Shown in pieces: positions 24,232 to 37,476 of a DNA stretch of 64,000 bases (its first letter is position 1; the number at the start of each line of letters is the position of its first letter). The position numbers and the translations under genes are program-made. This DNA is from Octopus vulgaris (taxonomy: Eukaryota), in NCBI GenBank assembly GCA_951406725.2, contig OX597835.1, forward strand, positions 40,486,001 through 40,550,000. Direction: 5' to 3'. A model generated the notes under the pieces. That model had not been told where the DNA came from. It searched no databases and was given only the letters and a program-made list of their open reading frames with translations.

Positions 24232-26309
24232 ATTTCTTTCAAATCATATTTTTAGAAAATAACTTCAAAGTTCATTTTTTTTTAAAAAAAAGAGAAAAAA
24301 ACCTTCAAACAAAAACTTTCATCAAGATTTGATTTTTTAAATTTTGTTTTTAAATTCAAAATCTCATTTTTATCTTTATTAACCAACTTGCATCTGTTAA
24401 ATATCTTTTTTACCTCATTCCAACAACATTAACGGCGACTTCAAGACTGTTTCTTCTTCACATTTCCATTACATCTTGTTGAGAAGCTTTCTAGCTCTCT
24501 CAATCAGTAACCCCTGGATCTCTCTATGCCAGTGCTTTTCAAACTTTTTGCTGGAGCGGAACCCCAAGGAAACATTCCACTGGCTTGAGGAACCCCTGTG
24601 CAATAATTTAATAGTCTTATGCACACATATCTGCACAGGAGAATTAAAAATTACTGCCGATTTTAGCAACTTCTTACGGAAGCCCTGGACTGTACTGGCG
24701 GAACCCTGGTTGAAAACCACTGCTATATGCATTGAATGGTGCATTGAATAGTGTCATACAGTATTTTTATATGTTTTTAGCTACATTTATGTTTGCATTT
24801 GGACTTGCAGAGTCTTTCGTGATTTGTACTATTAAGTTAATTGCCTCCAGTCCGAATTTTGTTTGTTTGCAGCTGTTTCGTCACTTATTGTCAGAAGTAA
24901 CCTAATCTGACCTCTAAATCAGAGCCTGGACAATGCATCTATATTGATCATTACCTGTTTAACCCTTTCGTTACTGTATTTCTGTTGAGATGCTCTGTGT
25001 TGCTTTCAATTACTTTAAATATAACAAAGAATTTAATAAAATAACTTAGTTATCATTAAGCTAGTGTTAAGAACATAAATTGTGACTAAGGCTTGGTGGA
25101 AGATTTTAATTCAGAACTTATGAAAACAAGACATTTGTACTCAAAGCCAGAGCCGGTTCCAGCCGGGTTGGTAACGAAAGGGTTAATGTTATGATGTACG
25201 TGATCATTTCTTAAAAACTCAGAGCAACTCCAGTAACACTTCATTTGATGTGTGAATGTAATATATTTGTATATTTGCAGGGTGGCAGAATCGTTAGGAT
25301 ACAAGACAAAATACTTATCAGCATTTTGTCTGTCTTTTAGTTCCGAGTTCAAATTCTGTCACAATCGAATTACCTCCTCCCTGCTGAAATTACTGGCCTT
25401 GTGCCAGAATTTAAAACATGTATATTTGAGAGTGTAGGTAAAGTAGTCGTGACATTGTTTTACAATTGGGCGGGTTTGTGTTCGATTCTTTTGCATGGCA
25501 TCTTGGTCAAGTGTCTTCTATCAAGTGAAATTTGAGAGAAACTCTGCAGGATCCCAATTGTGTATCCTTTGCACCTGGGCTGCTGTGACCACTGTGTCCT
25601 ACTTAATGTCTGGCAGATTGGTTTTTTAGACATGCATAAATTGTGGTTGGCATTAGGTTATTCAGTCACAGATTATTGCCTCAAGAAATCTTGTCCGATT
25701 AATACTAGCATAGAAAAGTGGTACAAGAAAAAAATTGTGTGTGCACATATATATATTTATCGCTCAGGTTTGTAAGGGAAATAACTATATAAGCATTTTT
25801 AGAGAGTTACTTCCCTTATATAACCCGAGCAAAAATCATTAAAAATGTGGAAAAATGATGGTAAATTTTCTTTAAATCGTACTCATCATAGACGCGCGCT
25901 AATACCCAGAAGGGCTCGATATGAATGACGACTATAAGATACCCGCTTTTGGTTAAACTGCACTGCAAAATGTGGGAGTAGTTAGGAATCTAAATCAGAG
26001 GAGACAGAGTCTCACACGCACACACGACTTCAATTTTATATATAAAGATTAAGAATCTGCCAAGTGACATTTAACCTATTCCTGCTATAGCAAGAATATG
26101 GCAGAACAGAGTTAAACATCAGTTATTAGATTGGTACAAACTTTAAAGCAAATATGTTCATCCATAAGCTTCTGTACAGTTTGTAGGCCAAATCCCCCTT
26201 TAAAATTGTATGTTAAGCTTGAAAATCTCATGGTTGCAAAATATAATCCTTAATCCATGAAGTCCTAGTTATGTCTATATATGTATATTTTAATGAAAAT
26301 ACAAACTCC

Positions 26310-26470
26310 TTAACCCTTTTAAGGTTGGGTATAAATAGCAAGTCTTTTTATGCAGGCCACAAAAAAAAAAAAGTGATCAAATAGCTTATAACACAAATGT
26401 GGCTTATATACCATACCCATCTTCAGAATTTAGCAATATCAGTAAGCCACACTCAGCCTTAAAGGGTTAA
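26310..26470. mobile_element. Short TTAA-flanked MITE
   Basis: ttaacccttttaaggttggg ... ctcagccttaaagggttaa terminal inverted repeats. Confidence 0.55.
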
Positions 26471-26890
26471 TCATAAAACCCTGCTTGTACTTAGATATTT
26501 TACTCAGTTTTCCAATATCAAACTCATCCTCATTTAGGTTTCGATGTTAAGAGAGTGACTCAAGACAGACAGCAACTTTCTTTTCTTTGTAAAACAAAGC
26601 TTCAAATGTTTTTCAGTTCTAACATTTGAATTTTCTGTTTTGATATAAATATTCGTTTTTTTAAAGGTTTTGTCTCCTTTGTAATTTCAGAATTTTATTT
26701 TTAGCTCATATTTAGAGTATTTCAACCCGTGCTCTTAACCACTATGCCATATGCCCATGTGGCGTAGCAGTTAAGAGCACGGGCTACTAACCCCAAGATC
26801 CCGAGTTCGATTCCAAGCAGTGACCTGAACACTAATAATAATATCGAAAAATACCTTAGGAATGAGAACCCAGGTTCGACATTTCCCCAA

Positions 26891-26934
26891 GACACCTGAA
26901 GAAGGCTGGAAGGTATATCAGCTGAAATGTTGTT
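26891..26934 (+). ncRNA. Hammerhead-like motif at the 3' part of a tRNA-headed element
   Basis: GACAC-CTGAAGA-A-GGCTG-(10 nt loop)-CAGCT-GAAA-TGTT-GTT. Confidence 0.55.
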
Positions 26935-28558
26935 AACAAATAAGATGAGGACAAATATCCGTCTAATGTAAATAAAACAGTTTCACTTCACTGGACCTAC
27001 AATTCAAAATGTTGGTTAAAAGCTGCTTGGCCTTAAATAAAAAAACACCCTCAGATCATACAAGAAATTAGATAAATGTAGCACTGTACGCTCTACAAGA
27101 AATGGCTGCCAAATCTCTCAAATTATACAGAGTGCTAAAAGGTTCCTGGCTTTAAGAGTATCACAAAAGGTCTGGTTGGAGGCTCAATATTTTGAGTTCT
27201 TTAACAGTGCAGGAGTGGCTGTGTGGTAAGTATCTTGCTTACTAACCACATGGTTCCGGGTTCAGTCCCACTATGTAGCGCCTTGGGCAAGTGTCTTCTA
27301 CTATAGCCTCGGGCTGACCAAAGTCTTGTGAGTGGATTTGGTAGAGGGAAACTGAAAGAAGCCCGTCGTGTATATATGTGTGTATATGTGTGTCTGTGTT
27401 TGTCCCCCCAACATCGCTTGACAACCGATGCTGGTGTGTTTACGTCCCCATAACTTAGTGGTTCGACAAAAGAGACCGATAGAATAAATACTAGGCTTCC
27501 AAAGAAGTCCTGGGGGTTGATTTGCTCGATTAAAGGTGGTGCTCCAGCATGGCCACAGTCAAAGACTGGAGCAAAAAAAAAAAAGTGGACTAGAAAAACT
27601 GAAGGAACAACAAAAGGGTGAATCTGAGAGAGGAGTATTTTGAATAAAATAACTGATCTTTCTGTATTTTCTTTTAGCCAAAACCAGGAACTTTTTAGCA
27701 CCCTCCCATACAAATCATCATTTTCTTTAAAAGCAAAGAGACTGCATAATGTAGCTTGGGCTAGTCACCACTTAGGATAGGCAAGGAAATGATGTACCTA
27801 TTCAAAAAAAAGTGGCTGTGTGGTAAGTAGCTTGCATGGTTCCGGGTTCAGTCCCACTGCATGGCACCTTGGGCAAGTGTCTTCTACTATAGCCTCGGGC
27901 CGACCAAAGCCTTATGAGTGGATTTGGTAGACGGAAACTGAAAGAAGCCCGTCGTATATATGTATATGCGTGTGTCTGTGTTTGTCCCCCGAGCATTGCT
28001 TGACAACCGGTGCTGGTGTGTTGACGTCCCTGTCACTTAGCGGTTCGGCAAAAGAGACCGATAAAATAAGTACTGGGCTTACAAAGAATAAGTCTCGGGG
28101 GTCGAGTTGCTCAACTAAAGGCGGTGCTCCAGCATGGCCGCAGTCAAATGACTGAAACAAGTAAAAGAATTTTGATACTAAACATAGAAAAGAAAAAATT
28201 TAAAAAACTTAAAATTTTATTCCAAGAAGTGAAACGCTCCAATTTTAAGATGAAAGTATTGACCTACGCTGGTCCAGTGTTCATACGGGAGAGTTTCATT
28301 TGTTTGACCAATAAAACATGGCTTCTTAAATTAAGGTTACATGATTTGTGTGAGTTGAATGGCATCAACAAAATAATACATAATCATCATTCCTGCTGTA
28401 GACTACAACTACATTCATTTCTCTTAACACCACCCAGAGGTAGTTTGAAGCTGATGATAACTAAATTTAATGTTATCAGTCTTTTGTGTTAGTCCTGTAC
28501 AGCTCCTGACAGCAGCATCACCAACTGTGAAAAGGAGAACATTAGCCATCTTGGTTTG

Positions 28559-28735
28559 TTAAAAGAAATAATCATCTTGGATAGAATCTGTATGAGGATG
28601 AACTCCACGTTCCAAAAGAGCTTTCTTCTTTCTTTCTTCCTCTTCCAATTGTCTCAGTTGCTGTTCCCTTTGCATCTCAAGTATTTCATCAATGGAGACC
28701 TGCTCCAGATCTTGGCTGTTTTCATTCTCCACATC
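28559..28735 (-). CDS. LSM1: LSM1 exon 4 with stop; LSM1-specific C-terminal helix
   Basis: Poly-T + gtag acceptor; DVENENSQDLEQVSIDEILEMQREQQLRQLEEEERKKKALLERGVHPHTDSIQDDYFF*. Confidence 0.93.
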   Translation of the reverse strand, partial: DVENENSQDLEQVSIDEILEMQREQQLRQLEEEERKKKALLERGVHPHTDSIQDDYFF

Positions 28736-28929
28736 CTACAAAAAAAAAATAAATAAAACCATCAATCAGTCCTCTACTCCAATTACTGAACTACTAGAAT
28801 ATCCCCCACACAGCTATCATTTTCCTACCCCCACTCCAATCCCTACACAGACACCTAAACCTTGCCTCCAATCTGTTAAGGAAACATTACCTATAATAAT
28901 CCAATGTGTAAGTTAATAGAACATCCTAC

Positions 28930-29170
28930 ATCATCATCATTGTTCGACCGTGGTCGAGACAATGGAATTTACTATGCTACGCCAGACTTCACGGTCCATC
29001 ATAGCATTACGGAGGTCCTGTTGCTGGATGCCTGTATCCCTGGAGATTACATCATGGTAGGAGAGTGTGCGCCCTCTGGTATCGCAAGTAGATGGCTTCC
29101 AGAGGAGAAGAGTAGAAATTACCTCGTTTTCAGCTCTACAAAATCCCACACACAGTCAACCATCAGGCTA
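28930..29170 (-). mobile_element. RTE-like LINE 3' end
   Basis: LLLWKP...RGRTLSY..VISRDTG...AMMDREVWR followed by a (GAT)n tail. Confidence 0.65.
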
Positions 29171-31256
29171 CTGCAGACGTTGTAACCTTTCTACCCTTCC
29201 ACTTGAGAATCAGCTGAAAGAAAAAGAAGAAAACTCCAGAAGTTGTCTGTTTTCCATGCTGGCACAGGTTAGTTTGAAAGGAGCTGGCAAGGCAAAGAGA
29301 TGCACTAGGTTTTATAGTCTGTTTTGACATGGTTTCTGTGGCTGGATGCTCTTCCTAATGCCAACCACTTTACAGAGTGTACTGGGTGTTTTCAATAAAT
29401 ATTTCAAAACTTTACATGAAATTTTGTGAAGCCACCAGAAGAAGGATCTACAGGTAGTTTTGAGTTATTGAAGTTGGGGACACAAAAACCACCTCAAAAC
29501 ACTGGAAAAGTCCTCAGGCTTGACCTGAATATTGTGATAAGATGGATTCTGCAAAAGTTACGTGGTGGTGTTTAGGACCAGCTGAGCTTACTGTGTTATC
29601 CAGGATTAGTGATAAATTATTGATAAATAAGGATACATGTATCAAAAATTTTTTATCTTGAAATACATTTTAAAATCTCTGCAGTACAGAGTAATAAAAA
29701 TAAATGCATCCTTTTAAAGCCTTTGGTGTCAATGAATCTAAGAAAAATGTAGAAAAATCTGGTTCTTTGAAGTATGAGTACGCAGATAAGCTGTATGGCA
29801 TTGTGAAAAGGTAGATTGTGGTGTTTATGGAGGGGAATGAGAGGTTTTGATATCACTTTGATGCTGACTTGTTTGACATCTACCTTTTTAATATTTCCCT
29901 CATTCTCTTACTCTGTGTGAATGCATTTCTCTGTACGAAGAGTGGGAAAGTGCTTCTGTCAATTGTGTTTAATAAATTGTGATGTCTCGCCCTATCCACG
30001 TGTATACTTCAGCATGCATGTGTGTTTGTACTCAGCAGCAAAACAATGTCTAGTCAGCATTCCAAACATTACCAGTTTTATCAAAAACCAGAACAAATGA
30101 AGGGTAACTTTTGAGACTCCTTGCAAACACCACCAACTCCAAAACATCCAATTCATCTTCAGAAGCTTTAATGGCTTAAATCTAATTCTCAAATGGTATT
30201 CTGTACTGAGTGGAGGCGCATGGCTTAGTGGTTAGGGTGTCGGCATCATGATCGTAAGATTGTGGTTTCGATTCCTGGACCGGGCGACTTGTTGTGTTCT
30301 TGAGCAAAACACTTCGTTTCACGTCGCTCCAGGCCACTCAGCTGGTAAAAATGAGTAACACTGTGATAGGCTGGTGTCCAGTCCAGCTGGGGAACACATA
30401 CGCCACTGAAACCAGGAAACCAGGTCCATGAGCCTGGTTAGGCTTTAAAAGGACACATTTTTATTACTCTGTACTGCAGAGATTTAAAAATGTATTTCAA
30501 GATAAAAAATTTTTGATACATGTATCCTTATTTATCAATAATTCATCACTAATCCTGGATAACACAGTAAGCTCAGCTGATCCTAAAGAAATGACACAGG
30601 AAAAGGTAGAGTACATTATGTTGGAAGCTTTGCTGTTGTTGGACGAGATTGGTGTCAATGAATCTACTCTCCGTTCCAGTTATGAAAGCATTTAATCCAA
30701 ACAAACCAATACAGATGAGTGTATTCTCTCTGTAGGAAAAGGTACTCTGTACCAGTGTACTTGTCTTTGGGGACATCATCATCGTTTAACAGATGGATAA
30801 AAATATTACCTCCCTTAGTTTAGAAATAAACTGTTCATGAATTGTAAAGTATAATAGCCATCTCATTAGCCCCAGGAGATCATCGTTTCCAGCTGGCTTT
30901 AGGCACACTATCTGTGCTCTTATGGTATTTGCAAAGGGAGGTCATCCCTTTCTCGTAAGCCTAAGTGATACGCACGGACCGCAGTTTCGAGGTAGTTGCC
31001 TCTTGTCAACGGGCGGTAATCACTGGTTTACGATGAAAAGGAAGACCTTGTATGCAAATACTTGAGTTTTGGTATCAATATACTTACCATTTTTACCTTT
31101 TACAAAAGTGCACAGAAAAGATTTATATATCAGTCTTTTGGGAACCAAAGTCCCTCTGATAAGCGACAATAGATCTACTAATGGTTGAGCATTTTGAACA
31201 ATGTGTGAACAATATTTTCTGCTTGTCTAAATTTTAAACTTCCCATGTGTCTAAAG

Positions 31257-31457
31257 CAGTGCTTTTCAACCTTTTTGCTAGAGCGGAACCCCAAGGAAAC
31301 ATTCCACTGGCTCGAGGAACCCCTGTGCAATAATTTAATAGTCTTATGCACACATATCTGCACAGGAGAATTAAAAATTACTGCCGATTTTAGCATTTTT
31401 GTAACTTCTTGCGGAATCCCTGGACTGTACTGGCGGAACCCTGGTTGAAAACCACTG
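31257..31457. mobile_element. hAT-type MITE (second copy at 24530-24722)
   Basis: CAGTG...CACTG termini with perfect 8-bp TSD GTCTAAAG; the other copy has ctctatgc/ctatatgc. Confidence 0.8.
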
Positions 31458-32092
31458 GTCTAAAGTAAAGTGAAGGCACATGGCTCAGTGGTTAGAGTGT
31501 TGCGTTTACGATTGAGGTTGTGAGTTCAAATCCCAGACCAGACTGCGTGTTGTGTTCTTGAGCAAGACACTTTATTTCACGTTGCTCCAGTTCACTCAGC
31601 TGTGAAAATCAATTGCGTCATCCCTGGTACCAAGCTGTATCAGTCCCTTTGCCTTTCCCTTGAATAACATTGATGGCATGAAGAGGGGGAGGCTGGTATG
31701 CATGGGCGGCTGCTGGTCTTCAATAAACAACCTTGCCTGGACTTGTGCTTGAGAGGGTAACTTTCTAGGTGCAATCCCATGGTCAGTCATGACCGAAGGG
31801 GGTCTCAGCAAAGTAAAGAAGTTCAGAACTACTGGTCTCTCAACAGAAGTGCTTATGATGTGATACCATATTAACTGCAGTGAGTGTGAATGTCTGGATG
31901 TCAAACTGGGGCAACTGGCCACATTTATTTCACCATTCTCATCTTTTACATCTTTATAGCTTTGTTATACATGCAATGATACATTGCAGCAGTAGTGCAC
32001 CGTTACAGGGCTTGGTACCATCACTTCAGAGACATCACCAACCTATAGCATCTAAATCTGATGGAGCCCTTCCATCTCCAGGTCTGAAAATA

Positions 32093-32326
32093 TATTTCTT
32101 TACTACCCACAAGGGGCTAAACACAAAGAGGACAAACAAGGACAGATACACGGATTAAGTTGATTATATCGACCCCAGTGCGTAACTGGTACTTATTTAA
32201 TCGACCCTGAAAGGATGAAAGGCAAAGTCAACCTCGGCGGAATTTGAACTCAGAACATAGCGGCAGACGAAATACCGCTAAGCATTTCCCCCGGCGCACT
32301 AACGTTTCTGCCAGCTCGCCGCCTTT
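32093..32326 (-). mobile_element. tRNA-derived SINE family B, monomer
   Basis: aaggcggcgagctggcagaaacg head, gagttcaaattcc B-box, gcctttcatcctttcggggtcgat central domain; TSD gtctgaaaata. Confidence 0.85.
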
Positions 32327-33242
32327 GTCTGAAAATAGTTGATTTCTTTCAGAGGGAGGAAAAGGAGACAGTGCTGAACTGGTATTTTATCAACATGAAA
32401 GGGACGAAAAGTTAAAGCTGGTTTGGTTGCATTTTGAGCACAGGGTTGGAACAAATACCAAAAGACATTCTAATCTGACACTAACTTCAAAACTTCCATG
32501 CTTCCTGAGATTCGCCAACACTACACCTGATTTTCTCCCCTCCATACACACACAAGCATGTATCTGACTCATACACTGTTCGCTCTCCAGACATTTGTAC
32601 ATTACCTCATATACTTTATCCCTTTAGTGTTTAAACCAGCCATATCTGCCCCAGATATTCTACATGTTTTATATTCAAACTGGCGATATCTAGCCTCTCA
32701 CACCTAACCTACATTGGCATTCTAAAAATAACCACTCACATCACTGAAACCTCAAAGCTAGAAGATAATGCTTGATTAATTCAAAACAATTTGAGTGAAA
32801 AACTATTACATTTAACAGAGTAATCTGAACACTAAAGGGTTATACACACTTTCTGACAAGTTGTGGTGCACCTGAGCACTGTATACAATAATTTCATTAT
32901 TATTATTATGATGATGATGATGATGATTATTAACAATTGCCACCTTAGTGTCCCCTATTGTATGGTTAGTCTACATTGCTCTGTGAAGAGTACAGGGCTA
33001 GTTTCCTGTCTCTCTGGTGTATATATTTCTCCCTGGACAGGACATTAGTCCTTCGCAGGATTATGCATTTTTTTACCAACTCAGTGGACCGGAACAGCAT
33101 GAAGAGGAGGTTTTGCTCAAGAACACAATACATTGCCTGCTCCAGGAATCGAAACCACAATCTTATGATTGCGAGTGCAACGCACTAACCCATGCACTTC
33201 CCCCATTGTATGTCCAGTAATAATAGAAAGAGTTCTACTTAC

Positions 33243-33358
33243 TATCTCTCCTAATAAAACAACATTTTCTCCACGGATAATGAAGATTCCACGAGGAATA
33301 TCACCATACTTCTTACCAACATGGATCCGTTCAATTGTTCGATGAAGAGCAAGGTTGG
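33243..33358 (-). CDS. LSM1: LSM1 exon 3 (116 nt), Sm2 motif
   Basis: ttacag/gtaagt; (A)[38 protein letters not shown]. Confidence 0.97.
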
Positions 33359-35970
33359 CTGTAATAGACATTGGAGAATTATATTACAAAATGATAAACA
33401 ATCAACTGCGGCCATGCTGGAGCACCGTCTTTAGTCGGTGCTCCAGCATGGCTGCAGTCAAATGACCGAAACAAGTAAAAGAATAATTAAGTCCACTTTA
33501 TCCCCATGCTCCCTTGAAAAACAAAAAACCAGCAATATCACAATTTCACTTTAAAAATTTAAGTCTAAACCTCTGACTAATAACTAAAGTTCTATATTTT
33601 TGAGACGAGGAATAATGTACATGATTTATAAAGGCTGGAGAGTAAATCAGCTGAATTGTGACAACAAACAGGGTGAGGACAACTTATCCGTCCATTGTAA
33701 ATAATGTAGTAACTACAGCTTCAAGATTATTAACCTACATAACCATTTTCAGCGTATACATGTCAGTGAAGCAACATTTTTAACCACAGGGTGGTTAATG
33801 AAACCAGTGTATGGTCTTAGGGCAGATGGATAGAAAAATATTACCTCCCTTAGTTTAAAAACAAAATGTTCTCTATTTGAATTGTTTGTACATAATCATC
33901 ATCATTTAACCCTTTCGTTACTGTATTTATTTTGAGATGCTATGTGTTTCTTTCAATTAAGTTTGAATATAACAAAGAATTTAATAAAATAACTTAGTTA
34001 TCATTAAGCTAGTGTTAGGAACATAAATTGCGACTAAGGTTTGGTGGAAGATTTTAATTCAAAACTTATGAAAACAAGACATTTGTACTACAGAGCCAGA
34101 GCCGGTTTCAGCCAGGTTGGTATCAAAAGGGTTAACGTCTGTTTTCCATGCTGGCATGGGTTGGACAGTTTGGCAGAGACTGGCTAGGTAGAAGAATGCA
34201 ACTGGCTTCACTCTGTTTTTGTGACTGGATGCCCTTCATAACTCCAACCACCTAACAGAGTGGACTGGGTGTTTTTTACGTGGCACTGACAAAGTAACAC
34301 AATAATGCAGTTTAGACAAACATTCTAAAGTCAAGAATTTCCAGGTTTCTAAGGATGGAAATTGTAAATTATTTTGAAGTTAGATACCCGACAAATAAAG
34401 TGAGTTCATGGCTCACAGGACAGCCTGCTGCGCTTACCTTGGATCGTAGAGTGACCTGCTGTGCTTGAGGAGACCTATTGAGTCAAGTACATCAACATCA
34501 TCATCATCATCATCATCGTCGTTTAACGTCCGTTCTCCATGCTAGCATGGGTTGGACGGTTCGACCGGGGTTCTGGGAAGCCAGAAGGCTGCACCAGGCT
34601 CCAGTCTAATTTGGCAATGTTTCTACAGCTGGATGCCCTTCCTAACGCCAACCACTCCGTGAGTGTAGTGGGTGCTTTTTACGTGCCACCTGCACAGGTG
34701 CCAGGCGGGGCTGGCAACGGCCACGGTCAGATTGGTGTATTTTATGTGCCACCGGCACGGAAGCCAGTCGAGGCGGTGCTGGCATCGGCCACGAGTTGGA
34801 TAGTGCTTTTTACGTACCACCAGACCAGGGATCCTGGCTGGTTCAATTCGATTTCGATTTCGCTTGCCCCAACATGTCTTCACAAGCAAAGGGGGTTGGC
34901 AAGTGTGCCTGTCGTACGGTCGCATTGGAGTATTTTACGTGCCACGGCCACGAGTCGGATAGTGCTTTTTACGTACCACCAGACCAGGGATCCTGGCTTC
35001 AAAATAAAAGTCAAACGGAAATTGTAGTTGTGATATCCATGCCGGTGGCACGTAAAAAACACCATCTGAACATGGCCGTTGCAAGCGCTGCCTTGACTGG
35101 CATCCGTGCTGGTGGCACATAAAAAGCACCCACTACACTACAGTGGTTGGCGTTAGGAAGGTCATCCAGCTGTAGAAACACTGCCAGATCAGGCTGGAGA
35201 CTGGTGCAGCCTCCTGGCTTCCCAGACCCCAGTCGAACCATCCAACCCATGCTAGCATGGAAAACGGACGTTAAATGATGATGATACTCTTCCTACAGCT
35301 CAACAACAATGTAGGAAGCTAACTTTTTCGCCCAGGTGCAATAATTGCTGCCAGTATGTTTAGATAATCTCACAACCTTTGACTTTCATTTTGTTTGTAT
35401 TTGTTCATCATCCTTTTAAAATCCACTTTTCTATGCTTGCATGGGTCGAATGGAATTTGTTGAGGCAAATATTTTCTATGGCTGGATGCCCTCCCTGTCA
35501 CCAACCCTCACCTGTTTTCAAACAAGGTAATATTTCCCCATGGCCAAACTTTTTGTTTTTTTTACAGGAGATTGGAATCAACATTGCCTGCATGATGAAG
35601 ACACTTGTGATGTCAAGACAAAGATATACACATACAAAGGGCTATCAAATCCACTCACAAGACTAGCCTGGAGCTATAGTAGAAGACATGCCCAAGGTGC
35701 CATGCAGTGGAATTGAACCAGAGACTGCACAGTGGGGAAGCAAGCTTCTTATCCACACAGCTATGCCTGCACCTGTTCTTATCTAAATGTAAACCTACCA
35801 TTACGATATCATGTAAGGTTCTGTTAAGTTAGTTTGCAAATACTAAAATGTTAATTTACTAATTAACTTCAAATTTCTTGATTTCAAAAACTCATTAAAA
35901 TCCACAGAAAGTGTATTTCATTACAAACAGAATCATGAAAAGATTTTATAAATTCAGGTAAAAATCTTAC

Positions 35971-36039
35971 CAAACTGGTCAACGCTTCGTAAGAAACCTA
36001 TTAATGTACGACCATCTCGGAGAACGACAAGCAGCTTTT
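35971..36039 (-). CDS. LSM1: LSM1 exon 2 (69 nt), Sm1 motif
   Basis: tttcag/gtaaga; (K)KLLVVLRDGRTLIGFLRSVDQF(A). Confidence 0.96.
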
Positions 36040-36128
36040 CTGAAAGACAAAAAAAAAAATAAAGTTTACTACACACAACCAATGGGGTATACAAGGGTTA
36101 CAATCACAAGGTACATCAGTTCAATACC

Positions 36129-36710
36129 TATTTCTTTACTACCCACAAGGGGCTAAACACAGAGCGGAGAAACAAAGACAGACAAACAGATTAAGTTGAT
36201 TATATCGACCCCAGTGTGTAACTGGTACTTATTTAATCGACCCTGAAAGGATGAAAGGCAAAGTCGACCTCGGCGGAATTTGAACTCAGAACGTAGCGGC
36301 AGACGAAATACCTATTTCTTTACTACCCACAAGGGGCTAAACACAGAGAGGACAAACGGATTAAGTTGATTATATCGACCCCAGTGTGTAACTGGTACTT
36401 ATTTAATCAACCCCGGAAGGATGAAAGGCAAAGTCGACCTCGGCGGAATTTGAACTCAGAAAGTAACGGCAGACAAAATACCTATTTCTTTACTACCCAC
36501 AAGATGCTAAACACAGAGAGGAGAAACAAAGACAGACAAACAGATTAAGTTGATTATATCGAGCCCAGTGTGTAACTGGTACTTATTTAATTGACCTCGA
36601 AAGGATAAAATGCAAAGTCGACCTTGGTGGAATTTGAACTCAGAACGTAGCGGCAGATGAAATACTGCTAAGCATTTTGCCCAGCGTGCTAACAATTCTG
36701 CTAGCCTTTA
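36129..36710 (-). mobile_element. SINE family B, trimer
   Basis: One head plus three bodies; 16-bp TSD acatcagttcaatacc at 36113-36128 and 36711-36726. Confidence 0.85.
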
Positions 36711-37417
36711 ACATCAGTTCAATACCACTAGTGTAAGTACTGGGGGAGCCAATAAGGGAACACTACATAGTCAACTTGATAGTAACTACACTTCCCTCAA
36801 ACCATTGGAAGGAAATGTTGGGAGCAGCTGTTTGGATGCTTATAATTTGGTCCAGTTCAGCTAACTGGAGATTGAGCCTCTTCAGGCAAACACACACACA
36901 TGTTTATAAAGAATCACTCCTTTGTTTACTTAAGTTTCAGTCTTTCCTTTAGTGATAATTGGTATGATTTATGCAGAACAGGTCTACTGGACACTTGTTT
37001 TGTCATTTATCTTTGTGCCATTATCCTTGAGAACTTTAAAAATAATGCTCACTTGACATCAAAGTTTTAGCTGTCTGGTATAAAAACCTCTTTGCTCAGG
37101 CATGAACAGAAATATACACAAACGGATAGAGAAACATTAAAACATATAATGTCAAATGAGTCAGTGTTGAATCAGAGATGCCAAAACGTCTTATACCCTC
37201 AAACCATAGCATGTTATCTTAGAAAAAGAAGTAGAGGTGTCATTGTATATTTAGGACATTAGGCGCAGGAGTGGCTGTGTGGTAAGTAGCTTGCTAACCA
37301 ACCACATGGTTCCGGGTTCAGTCCCACTGTGTGGCATCTTGGGCAAGTGTCTCGGGCCGACCAAAGCCTTGTGAGTGGATTTGGTAGACGGAAACTGAAA
37401 GAAGCCTGTCGTATATA

Positions 37418-37476
<59 letters not shown>

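Noticed and set aside
26760-26825. Functional tRNA gene (and other tRNA-like SINE heads)
   Set aside because: A/B boxes are present, but there is no intact acceptor stem and the sequence continues into a repeat body.
31080-31092. U1 snRNA-like start ATACTTACC
   Set aside because: Similarity stops after 9 nt; no U1 body or Sm site follows.
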